Positions 1 through 8,717 of a stretch of 64,000 nucleotides of DNA are shown piece after piece. How positions within the stretch are numbered: position 1 is the first letter of the stretch; each line of letters starts with the position of its first letter. Origin of the DNA: an uncultured delta proteobacterium (GTDB taxonomy: Bacteria > Myxococcota_A > Polyangia > Polyangiales > Polyangiaceae). Both the position numbers and the translations under genes were made by a program. The DNA is taken from NCBI GenBank assembly GCA_963806225.1, contig CAWDXG010000004.1, positions 3,392,001 to 3,456,000 of the forward strand, read 5' to 3'. The notes under the pieces are model-generated. The model searched no databases, had not been told where the DNA came from, and saw only the letters and a list, made by a program, of their open reading frames with translations.

Positions 1-112
1 CCTTGCAAAAGGCATACTCCAGAACTTCCGGATCGGACGCCGCAAGCAGACCCCGATCTCGAATCCCACATGCGTCGATCCCGTCCTCCTTGCAGAGGCG
101 GTCTGCTACCCA
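1..112 (-). pseudogene. DUF5615/VapC45-like PIN toxin, 5'-truncated, runs off the window edge
   Basis: Minus strand reads WVADRLCKEDGIDACGIRDRGLLAASDPEVLEYAFCK with no start codon. Bases 80-113 match 3038-3071 (the other PIN fragment) at 30/34 nt. Confidence 0.75.
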
Positions 113-113
113 C

Positions 114-494
114 CGTCTCGACCGCACGGTTCCCGGCCGAGCCTTTCTGGAGGCGTGCCCCGAGGCCGTGCGGGCAAAGATGGTGGCCGTGCTCCAGGCG
201 GTGGCTGCAGCACCCCCACCGTCGTTCAGCGGCGGCGGGTACTGGGAAGCCATGCACGACGACATGAAGGGTTGGTACGAGGTCCGTGTCGATGGGCCAG
301 ACCGGCACCACTACCGCCTGTTCTGCTTGCTCGAACGAAACGGAGCGACGCTCGGGCTCGGCGGACCGAGCATCGTGATCATCGCCGGCAAGGATAAGCC
401 GTTCAGGACGAAGCTCTCGCCGGCCGACTACGCCGAGGTCCGGGCGCTCGGCGACGAGTACCGCTCGCGGACACCGAGGAGCGTGGAGACGTAG
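114..494 (+). pseudogene. RelE/Gp49-like type II toxin, apparently 5'-truncated
   Basis: WEAMHDDMKGWYEVRVDGPDRHHYRLFCLLE is a RelE-type motif. The first ~37 codons of ORF 3..494 are the antisense of the PIN fragment, so the true N-terminus appears missing. Confidence 0.65.
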
Positions 495-495
495 C

Positions 496-855
496 CTACG
501 CAGCGGTGCTGCCGGCGGCGCCCGTGCGCTTGTCCTTGGTCGATCCTTTCGGAGTTGCAGGGACAAGCTCGACCTTGAGGTCGAGCGCCGCCGCCAACTT
601 GACGACGGTGGCCATCGTGGGGTTTGCCCCTTCGTCCGTGAAGAGCCGGCGGACAATCTCGGGCTTGGCCGAGATGCGCCTTGCAAGCTCGGCCTTGCTC
701 ATGCCGAGTTCCAGCCGTGCCGCGTCGAGCCTCCGGACGATCCTGTCCACGGCGTCGATCTCGCGCTTGGCTTTCCGGTGTTCAGCGGCGAACCCCGCGT
801 CCTTCATCTGCGCATCGACGAACTTGTCGAATCCGGTCTTCCGTCTCTTGGGCAT
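496..855 (-). CDS. XRE/HigA-like HTH antitoxin
   Basis: FDKFVDAQMKD...LGMSKAELARRISAKPEIVRRLFT...NPTMATVVKLAAALDLKVEL. Confidence 0.85.
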   Translation of the reverse strand: MPKRRKTGFDKFVDAQMKDAGFAAEHRKAKREIDAVDRIVRRLDAARLELGMSKAELARRISAKPEIVRRLFTDEGANPTMATVVKLAAALDLKVELVPATPKGSTKDKRTGAAGSTAA

Positions 856-875
856 CGCTTTGTCTCACTGCTGAT

Positions 876-903
876 AGCGTAACACACAAGTTACGCTTGG
901 CAA
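876..903 (-). promoter_or_regulatory. Palindromic operator overlapping a putative promoter of the HTH gene
   Basis: Perfect inverted repeat AGCGTAAC-N6-GTTACGCT (876-897). Minus strand TTGCCA-N16-TACGCT. Confidence 0.55.
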
Positions 904-928
904 GCGATACGGTTTGGAAGCGGCGACC

Positions 929-1243
929 CTACCGAAATAGCTTGGAGAGCGCCGAGCGGCGCACGGCGACGAAGGCGGTCCCTTCCGGCTTGGCGGTCGG
1001 CAGCAGGAAGGCCCCCCGGTCGAGCTTCTTCGTGAGGGTCTGATCGCCGTCGTCGGAAACGACGTAGAGCAGGAGCGTGTCCTGCTTCTTGTTGGTGAAC
1101 AGGAACGCCGTGTCGGGTCGAGGTTCGATGCCAAGCATGTGGGCGCAAAAGGAGCGGAGCTTCGTCACTCCCCACCGCATGCTGATCGGCTTGGGGTAGA
1201 CGAGCACCGTCTTGATCTGCGGCGGGATGAGATGGTCGAGCAC
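929..1243 (-). CDS. Orphan IS66-family accessory protein TnpB (Orf2)-like
   Basis: VLVYPKPISMRWGVTKL...LGIEP...AFLFTNKKQDTLLLY...LTKKLDRGAF resembles the IS66 TnpB pattern. GAGG RBS lies 5 nt before the GTG at 1243. No tnpA or tnpC in the window. Confidence 0.65.
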   Translation of the reverse strand: MLDHLIPPQIKTVLVYPKPISMRWGVTKLRSFCAHMLGIEPRPDTAFLFTNKKQDTLLLYVVSDDGDQTLTKKLDRGAFLLPTAKPEGTAFVAVRRSALSKLFR

Positions 1244-1333
1244 GGTCACCTCACGGACGGACAGCAGCCTCGGGCGGTCCCGTAGTTCCGTCCGTCTAGC
1301 ACAGCTCGCCCGAACCGGATGGCAACGAATCCA

Positions 1334-1386
1334 GTGCACGAGAGAGGACTCGAACCCCCACACCTTGCGGTACCGGAACCTAAATC
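1334..1386 (-). repeat. att site: duplicated 3' part of tRNA-Leu
   Basis: 52/53 identical to 3820-3872; the single mismatch is 1357 vs 3843. Confidence 0.95.
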
Positions 1387-1513
1387 GGCTGCGCTCGTCG
1401 CGAATGAACCGAGTTGATCCGGGGTGTTACGAGGCGGCGATCAGCGTCGTTGGGGTTCGTTCGCGTCAGTGCCGACGATTCGCCGACGATTGGAGGGGGT
1501 CACTTGGTGGCGG

Positions 1514-2335
1514 CTATCCCGAACCACCCGCACCATCAACACTGGCATCGTCCGAGCTGCCATCGATGCTTGCGTCGCCAACCGAAGCGTCGGTTCCAGC
1601 ATCCTGGTACTCGCAGCAGTCCTTGGAAGCCTTCCAGACGCTCGCACCCGCTCCAAGGTTGTAGTTCGTCCAGTAGACGTAGTCGGCGTCCAACGCCAGC
1701 ATGTAGGGCTGCGGTTGTCCCGAAGCGATCGTGCATGTCGCACCTCCCGTCTTCGAGACGGACTTGATCTCGCCGCTCTCGTTGGCGAAGTACACGCGGG
1801 CGCTATCTATCGCGAGCCCGAACTCGATGGGATCGGGGGCGAGGTTGACAGGGGTCCCGCCTGTCAGCGGAATCATTATCAAACCCTGTTCCGGTTGCTT
1901 GAAGTCTCCCCAGTAGATGCCGCTGGCGTCCGCCGCGACAGCACCCGGTCCTCCCTGGTTTGCTGCAACCACAGACGGAGTCCCGCCGGTGGCCGGCACT
2001 TGCATGATGCTCCCGTTTTCGCCAGGCGCACCCTGGTTGCCCCAGTACACAATGCCTTGGTAGACAGCGCTCCCTCTGCCGTTGGGCTGAGCATCGGCGA
2101 GAATCGTCGCAGTCCCTCCCACGAGGGGCGCGGACATTACGGGAGCGCCAAGGCCGTACACCGTGAAGAACACGGTCGTCGAGTCCAGAGCGAGGGCCCG
2201 AGGGCCGTCCACAGCCGCGACCGTCTCCATCGGGCCACCCGTCTTGGCAACGCGTTCGATGCTTCCTCCGGGTGAGAAGCCATTGCCCCAGTACACATGC
2301 GCGTCATCGAGTGCGATGAACTGCGGGTTCGCTTG
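1514..2335 (-). pseudogene. Beta-propeller (VYW-repeat) protein, 5'-truncated
   Basis: Repeated LALD..xVYW motifs and a DAG-rich tail. The frame begins mid-repeat (QANPQFIALDDAHVYW) with no start codon or signal peptide. Confidence 0.65.
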
Positions 2336-2560
2336 AAGAAGGCGTCCTTGGCAACCCGGTACGCAGCCATGTCGCCACCGTGGAATCGCCGCTTCAAAGC
2401 GTCGTACTCGCGTCGAAGATCGGGCTGCACCCGGAGCAGGTCACGCTGGCGGTGCTGGATGTCGCTCGGCCCACCGATGATCGTGACGTGCAGCCCGAGC
2501 GGCGGGTCGGTGCTGTCGTCCTTGAAGCTGCGTCCAGCTTCCGTGAAGCCCCCAGGTTCA
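2330..2560 (-). pseudogene. GrpB-like nucleotidyltransferase fragment (C-terminal half)
   Basis: SFKDDSTDPPLGLHVTIIGG...RQRDLLRVQPDLRREYDALKRRF...YRVAKDAFFK; no start codon or N-terminal half. Confidence 0.6.
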
Positions 2561-2637
2561 GCGCGCCTTGTCGTTGATCCAGGTAGCCATGCCCCCCGGA
2601 GCCTACCTGACCTCGTAGCCGTCGGGAGGCGGCTCGC

Positions 2638-2917
2638 TCACGCCACACGCAGCAGCTTCACCCCGAGCGCCTTGGATGCCTTCGCGAGGGTGGCCAGCGT
2701 GACGCTGGTGTCGTGGGGGTCGAGCAGGCGGTGGACAACGGTGCGACTGGTGCGCATGGCTCGAGCCAGCTCGGCCTGGGACATGTTGCGGCGAGCCATG
2801 GCGCGCTCGATCTTGGCGGCGAGGAGCTTCTTCTGGGTCAACAGCTCGAACGTCCTCACGCTCGCCCAGCTCCTCGAACAGCGAGTCGAGGGTCAATCCG
2901 ATGTGCTTCTTGTTCAT
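2638..2917 (-). CDS. XRE/HigA-like HTH antitoxin with one +1 frameshift near 2851 (possibly a sequencing error)
   Basis: MNKKHIGLTLDSLFEELGERED / FELLTQKK...MSQAELARAMRTSRTVVHRLLDPHDTSVTLATLAKA. Confidence 0.85.
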
Positions 2918-2919
2918 GA

Positions 2920-3036
2920 CTACTCTGCCTCCTTCTGTTGTCGCCGGGCGAGGTCCAGATCGGGCTTCGGTGTCTTCTGGCTCTTCTTCTGGAAGCCGTG
3001 GAGCAGCACCATCGCCGGGCCTTCCAGACAGAACAG
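2920..3036 (-). pseudogene. Gp49/HigB-like (RelE) toxin, C-terminal remnant
   Basis: LFCLEGPAMVLLHGFQKKSQKTPKPDLDLARRRQQKEAE* ends 2 nt before the antitoxin ATG. Confidence 0.85.
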
Positions 3037-3109
3037 CCCCGTCCTCCCTGCAAAGACGGTCCGCTACCCACGGGGAGATGTTCTCATCGAGCAGGAGCTT
3101 GACGTTCAC
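3037..3109 (-). pseudogene. DUF5615/VapC45-like PIN toxin, N-terminal 24 codons only
   Basis: MNVKLLLDENISPWVADRLCREDG, overlapping the DUF433 stop codon. Confidence 0.8.
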
Positions 3110-3641
3110 GAGGCCGTCCCATCTTGGGGTACGCCAGCGTGTACAATCTAGCGAACTCGATGTCCCGCTCCTTGAGGTACGGGTAGTCCTCCTTCAGTTC
3201 GGCGACCGGAACACCCTTGATCACCTGCTTGCCGATGTTCCTCACGGCGAGGCGGCTCTTCGGGAAGACCGGCTCACCTCCGAGAATATCGTCGGAGGTC
3301 ACTAGCTTGGCTTTCCACGCCTCGAAATGTTCGAGACGGTCAGCGATGTCCTTGGCAACACGGGCAAGCTTGAGATCGAGCACCGGGCTCACCTCGACGC
3401 GTGCCGGGGGCTTCTTCCCTTTCATCGCCCGGGCGATGACCTCGTGAAGCTTCCGGCGGTCCTCCACCCCGAGCTGCAGCCCGAGCAGGGCCAGAGCGCC
3501 GAAGTACACGGCGTCGGTGAAACTGAACCGAGGCGGGCTGCCGGTCCCGGCAAGGCCGTGTTCGACCTCCTTCCGCACCCGGTTCGCGTCGAGGCCAACC
3601 AGGGAGACGATCTCGTTCGTGCTCAGTGTTGCAGCGGACAT
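3084..3641 (-). CDS. DUF433 antitoxin (VapB45-like)
   Basis: LVTSDDILGGEPVFPKSRLAVRNI...ELKEDYPYLKERDIEFARLY. Confidence 0.9.
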   Translation of the reverse strand: MSAATLSTNEIVSLVGLDANRVRKEVEHGLAGTGSPPRFSFTDAVYFGALALLGLQLGVEDRRKLHEVIARAMKGKKPPARVEVSPVLDLKLARVAKDIADRLEHFEAWKAKLVTSDDILGGEPVFPKSRLAVRNIGKQVIKGVPVAELKEDYPYLKERDIEFARLYTLAYPKMGRPRERQAPAR

Positions 3642-3646
3642 AACTA

Positions 3647-3692
3647 TTCCCTATTCAGGGAACACTATAGGACCCGAGGTCCGGATGCGCAA
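3647..3692 (-). promoter_or_regulatory. Sigma70-type promoter and palindromic operator of the DUF433 operon
   Basis: Minus strand TTGCGC-N17-TATAGT, followed by TTCCCT-N4-AGGGAA (3647-3662). Confidence 0.55.
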
Positions 3693-3820
3693 CGGCGCGA
3701 ATCCCGCCGCAATCGACCTCGGACCCCTCGACTCCAACGCTGTCAATCGTCGGCGGGACGACGAAGGCGACGCTTCATCGCCAGCCTTCGTCACCCCGAT
3801 AGCTCACGATTCCACCGCGG

Positions 3821-3902
3821 TGCACGAGAGAGGACTCGAACCTCCACACCTTGCGGTACCGGAACCTAAATCCGGCGCGTCTGCCAGTTCCGCCACTCGT
3901 GC
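3821..3902 (-). tRNA. tRNA-Leu(TAG)
   Basis: Acceptor stem GCACGAG/CTCGTGC, anticodon arm CCGGA-TTTAGGT-TCCGG, long variable arm, T-loop TTCGAGT. CCA is not encoded. Confidence 0.97.
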
Positions 3903-4045
3903 GTGATCCGGCGCGGGCCGGACCGGGTGCGGAGGAATAGCGCAGCGTGCGGCTGGTCGTCCAGAAACGCCTGTGCGTCGAGCAACCGACGCTTCCGACT
4001 CGCCATCAGCGACGATCCCCGCGCTCCACCAGCGGCGCGGCTACT

Positions 4046-4138
4046 TTTCGACGCCGTCAGCCACCCGGGAGGGCGGAAATGCACGCCTCACCTGCATTTC
4101 GACGCCGTCGGCGGTCCGGGAAGGCGGAAATGCACGCG
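4046..4138. repeat. Two-copy 51-bp-period intergenic repeat
   Basis: TTTCGACGCCGTC...CCGGGA.GGCGGAAATGCACGC starts at 4046 and 4097. Contains the hairpin GAAATGCA...TGCATTTC. Confidence 0.75.
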
Positions 4139-4180
4139 TCGCGCCCGTCGCGTCCGCCGCGCCCGTCGCGCCCCCGTCGG

Positions 4181-5388
4181 TCAGTGCTTCTTGTAGCCGC
4201 GCGGCGAGTGCCAGCGGCGGCGGATGTGGACCTTGAGGATGTCGTGATAGAGGCCGACGTGGGCGCAGTGGTCCATCTTGTCGTTGCCGGCGTAGCCGCG
4301 GACGTGGAAGTTGCCGCGGTCGTAGCGGCCGATGAGGTCCATGCCCATCGGGTCGCCGTGGCGCGGGTGCGCGCGGTGGAAGTGGCCGCCCACCTCGCGG
4401 ATGAGGAAGTGCGCCGTCTCCGTCGTCGAGGCGTAGCCCGGCGGGATGATCGACGAGTGGCTGACGAACATGTACTTCTTGCCGCGCGCCGCCAGCTTCG
4501 CGAAGTCGATGAACGGCTGGATCTGCGAGTGCGTCCAGCGACTTGCCGATGTAGCCGCAGTGCAGCCCGTCGAGCAGCACCACCGTGTCGACGAGCTTCT
4601 TCGCGTAGTGCTGCTGCAGGATCTCGCCGACCGCGCCGTAGCCCGCGCTCCAGCGCGGAAATCCCGACATGACGCACGTGCGCGTTCTTCTTGCCGGTCT
4701 TCTTCGCCATCGCCTTCTCGATGCTCTCGACCAGCCGCTTGAACGTGTCGGGCCCCGCGAAGGCGTGCGAGTAGGGCCCGGAACCGATGCCCAGGTCGAT
4801 GCCGACCAGCACCGCCCCGTGCATCACCTGCACCCACTCCTTGCGCACCGCCTCGTGCCCGTGGAAGTGGAACATCACGTCGAAGGCGCCGCCCTTCGTG
4901 ATGCCGCCGCGCTCGGGCAGCGATGCATCTGCCCCATCGATACCGAGCGGTCCCAATGCGAGTACACGCCGTAGCCCGGGTCCGGCGTGTTGCACGGGAT
5001 TGACGCCGCGCTCCTTCGCGCTCTTCTGCACCTGCGTCCACGGCGGCGGCTTGGCGATGACCGAGCCGGAGCGCTTGCGCCCCACGCCGTCGGCCAGCTT
5101 GGCGTTGGCGCGGCGAGGGCTCGAGCTCTTCTTCTTCCAGCCCTTCGAAGGGATGATGAGCTTCTGCCCGATGCGGATCGGCTTGCCCTTCTCGAGGCCG
5201 TTGATCTCGCGGAGCGCGTCCACGCTCACGTGGTAGGCGTGCGCGATCGACCACAGCGAGTTGCCGGCCGCCACGGTGTGCGTCCTGCCGGCCGCCGCAA
5301 CGGGCGCGCCGATCAGTGCACCGAGGGTGACCACGAAAGCCGCAAGCAAGAGCGCCCGCAGCCGTGTTCCTGCTGCGTAGGACCTCAT
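4181..5388 (-). CDS. Secreted LysM + alpha/beta-hydrolase-like protein (several frameshifts)
   Basis: Signal peptide, LysM HTVAAGNSLWSIAHAYHVSVDALREING, WSAG nucleophile elbow, VVLLDGLH and DHCAH, spread over three frames. Confidence 0.75.
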
Positions 5389-5549
5389 CGGAGACGGGCC
5401 CCAAGGTGCTCCCTTGCCCAGGATCTTTCAACATAACGGCGGCGATTTCCCGGGTACACCGGGCGCAAGTGCCCGAAAACAGCCCGGACTTGCCTCGATC
5501 GCCGTCGAGCTTGACCGGCTGCCGAGCGGGCCCCCAAAGTTACGCGCCG

Positions 5550-6438
5550 ATGCGCAGCTACCCCCTCGTCGCGTTGTTCGTCTCGTCCCTCGCGGTCGTC
5601 CTGCGGAGGCAGCACGCCGCCTCCCGCCCAGCCCGAACCGCCGCCGCCCGCGCCCGCTGTCGAGCCACCCGTCACGCCACCCGCCGCCCAGAGCGCGCCG
5701 TCCGCCGGCGGCGACAACGGCGGCGAAGGCTGCCCGGCGGGCATGATCGCCATCGACTCGGGCACGCTGTGGATGGGTTCGCTCGCAGGCAAGGGCCACC
5801 CCGACGAGCGCCCGCAGCACCAGGTCGAGGTGCAGGAACTACTGCCTGGACAAGGACGAGGTCAGCGGTCGCCGAGTTCAAGAAGTGCGTGGACAACGAG
5901 ATCTGCGATCCGCTGCCCAAAGACGTGCAGCTGCTCGAGCCGATCAAGAAGGCGAAGCAGAAGCAGCTCAGCCGCTACTGCACCGGCGGCATGAAGGACA
6001 GCTCCGACCTGCCTGCCAACTGCATCGGCCACGACGAGGCCAAGAAGTACTGCGACTGGAAGGGCCTGCGCCTCCCGACGGAAATCGGAGTGGGAGTTCG
6101 CGGCGACCAGCGGCGACGACAAGCTCGACTACCCCTGGGGTTCCGCCAAACCGGATGACGACCTCTTGTGCTGGAAGAAGAAGGACGGCCCCTGCAAGGT
6201 CGGCTCGAAGAAGCCCGGCGCTTTCGGCGTGGACGACCTGGAGGGCAACCTGCGCGAGTGGACCTCGTCGACCTACGGCCCGTACCCGGCACCGCCCGAC
6301 TCGGGTGACAAGCTCGTCGTGCGCGGCTCGAGCTGGCAGACGACCAAGCCCGACGACGTGCGTCCCCAGCGTCGCTTTGCCGAGAGCCCGCTCTACCGCA
6401 ACGTCGACCTCGGCTTCCGCTGCGCGAAAGACCGATAG
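5550..6438 (+). CDS. Formylglycine-generating-enzyme family (SUMF1/EgtB/PvdO) protein, frameshifted
   Basis: DERPQHQV, AKKYCDWKGLRLPTE, FGVDDLEGNLREW, GFRCA. Confidence 0.9.
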
Positions 6439-6545
6439 CGCGCGGGCGGCCCACGCGCTGCAAGCGTGTGGGTTGGGGGGTCCTGGCAGCCACTGCACCC
6501 AGAGCGACGACGCGACACCGCCAGCTCTTCGATTCCCTGTGACGC

Positions 6546-7769
6546 TCAGGCCGCGCGCTTCTTCTTGGCGCGCTTCTTCTTCGCGCCTCTGGGCTTGGCG
6601 TCGGCGCCGCTTCCCGACGCAGCGCGGCCGCCGAGCGGCTCCTGCTGCGTGCTGCAGTGGAGGGTGCCGAGTCCGAGCACGAGATCCATGGCGTGGATGC
6701 CGACCACGCGCCGCTTCGGGAACAGCTCGGCGAGGATGCCGAGCGCGACCCGGTCGAGCGGGTCGTTGAAGGTGGGCACCAGCACAGCTGTCGTTGGCGA
6801 TGTAGAAGTTGGCGTAGCTGGCCGGCAGGCGCTCGCCCGCGAACATGACCGGGCGCGGGCATCGGCAGCCCGATCACGTCGAGGCGCCGCCCGCGCACGT
6901 CACGTTCGCCCTCGAGCCGCTCGCGCGCCTCGGCCAGCGGACGGTAGTTCGCGTCCCTTGCGTTCCGCTCCTCGCACACCACCACGCGCCCCGGCCCCAC
7001 GAAACGCGCGAAGTCGTCGATGTGCCCGGCCGTGTCGTCGCCGGCGATGCCGTGACCGAGCCAGAGCACCTTCTTCACGCCCAGGTAGTCACCGAGCACC
7101 TTCTCGGTGCCCTCGCGACCCAGAGCGCGGTTTCTCGCCTGGCGGCCGCTCAGCAGGCATTCCTCCGTGCAGAGCAGCGTGCCGAGCCCGTCCACGTCGA
7201 TGGCGCCGCCCTCGAGCACCACGCGCTGGCGCCGTCCGTCCACATTCGCTTCCGGGTGGAAGGCGCGCAGGCCGAGCCGCTTGGGGAGCCGCTCGCCGGC
7301 GGCGTCGTCGTTCTTGTGGTTTTCGTAGCGGGCCCAGCCGTTGAAGCGCCACTTGACCGCCGCGAGCTCGTCGGCCGCGTGCTTGCCGCGGCGCGCGCCG
7401 GGTTCGCTGCGCGTGACGACCAGCGGCAGGAAGTCGCGCGTCCAGGAGCGGTCGGTGGCCGCAGGGTAGAAGTCGATCTGCGACGAGATCCACGCCCGCG
7501 CTCGACAGCACGCGCTCCGCGCGCCGTTGCCCGAGCTCGCCCTGCACCAGGATGCGGACGCGCTCGCCGCCGATGAGCGCCCGCGCCATCTCGGAGAACA
7601 CCCAGGGGATCGCCCCGAACTTCCCCGGCCAGTCTCGCGCGTTGTGCGGCCACGCCAGCCACGTCGCAGCGTGCGGCTCCCACTCGGCGGGCATGCGATA
7701 GCCGAGCGCGGCCGGCGTCTCGACGACGTTGCGCGCGCCATTCCTGCCGCGCGCCTTCTTCGCAGCCAT
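6546..7769 (-). CDS. aguA: Agmatine deiminase (frameshifted)
   Basis: [60 protein letters not shown]. Confidence 0.92.
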
Positions 7770-8659
7770 CAGTCGTCGTCCCCGTCGAGCAGGCGCGACG
7801 TGAGGCCGCCGTAGGCGTCGATGCGGCGGTCGCGGAAGAACGGCCAGCCGCGGCGTACTTCTTCCTGCTTCGACAGATCGCACTCGACCACGAGCGTCTC
7901 CTCGCCCTGGCCGGCCTCGGCGATCACGCTGCCGAACGGATCGCACACGAACGAGTGGCCCCAGAACTCGATGCCCCCGTCGGCCGCGCCCTCGTGCCCG
8001 ACGCGGTTCACCGCGCACACGAACACGCCGTTGGCGATGGCGTGGCTCTTCTGCATCGTCTGCCAGGCGGCGAGCTGCGCGTCGCCGTACTCCGCCTTCT
8101 CGCCCGGGTGCCAGCCAATGGCCGTCGGGTAGAACAGGATCTCCGCACCGCGGAGCGCCGTCAGCCGCGCGGCCTCCGGGTACCACTGGTCCCAGCACAC
8201 CAGCGGCCCCACCTTCGCACGCGGCGTCTCGACCGCGACGAAGCCGAGGTCGCCCGGCGTGAAGTAGAACTTCTCGTAGTAGAGCGGGTCGTCGGGAATG
8301 TGCATCTTGCGGTAGACGCCCAGCCGCCCGCCGTCCGGCCCCAGCACGACCGCCGTGTTGTGGTAGAGCCCGGCCGCGCGCTTCTCGAACACGCTCGTGA
8401 GCACCGTCACGCCGTGCTGCTTCGCCGCCGCGGCCACCGCCTGCACCGTCGGCCCGTCCAGCGGCTCGGCCAGGTCGAACAGCTCCTGGTCTTCCACCTG
8501 GCAGAAATACGGCGAAGCAAACAGCTCCTCGAGGCACACCAGCTCGGCCCCGCGCGACGCCACCTCGCCGATACGCGCCAGCGCCTTTTCCACGTTCTTC
8601 GACTTGTCGTCGACCGTGGACATCTGGATCAGCCCGACCTTCACCGTGTGCTTCGCCAT
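7769..8659 (-). CDS. aguB: N-carbamoylputrescine amidase (nitrilase superfamily)
   Basis: YRKMHIPDDPLYYEKFYFTPGD, VCWDQWYPE, PTAIGW; TGATG coupling to aguA. Confidence 0.9.
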   Translation of the reverse strand: MAKHTVKVGLIQMSTVDDKSKNVEKALARIGEVASRGAELVCLEELFASPYFCQVEDQELFDLAEPLDGPTVQAVAAAAKQHGVTVLTSVFEKRAAGLYHNTAVVLGPDGGRLGVYRKMHIPDDPLYYEKFYFTPGDLGFVAVETPRAKVGPLVCWDQWYPEAARLTALRGAEILFYPTAIGWHPGEKAEYGDAQLAAWQTMQKSHAIANGVFVCAVNRVGHEGAADGGIEFWGHSFVCDPFGSVIAEAGQGEETLVVECDLSKQEEVRRGWPFFRDRRIDAYGGLTSRLLDGDDD

Positions 8660-8717
8660 GGGGGCGGCGAAGATAGCGGGGAGCACGGCACGGCGCTACC
8701 GGATCTGGACGAGCGCT

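Larger units (their letters stand above)
1334..3872. mobile_element. Integrase-less genomic islet integrated at tRNA-Leu(TAG)
   Basis: Flanked by the 53-bp direct repeat, has imperfect inverted repeats at both inner ends, and carries TA genes and gene fragments. Confidence 0.85.

Noticed and set aside
3..113. N-terminal 37 codons of ORF 3..494
   Set aside because: They are the antisense of a PIN toxin fragment, not part of the RelE-like protein.
1334..1386. Second tRNA-Leu gene
   Set aside because: It lacks the 5' acceptor strand and D-arm; it is an att duplication.
2603..3109. 168-aa ORF as a novel fusion toxin
   Set aside because: After 24 PIN codons it reads out of frame through the HigB remnant and the antitoxin; it is a product of the deletion junction.
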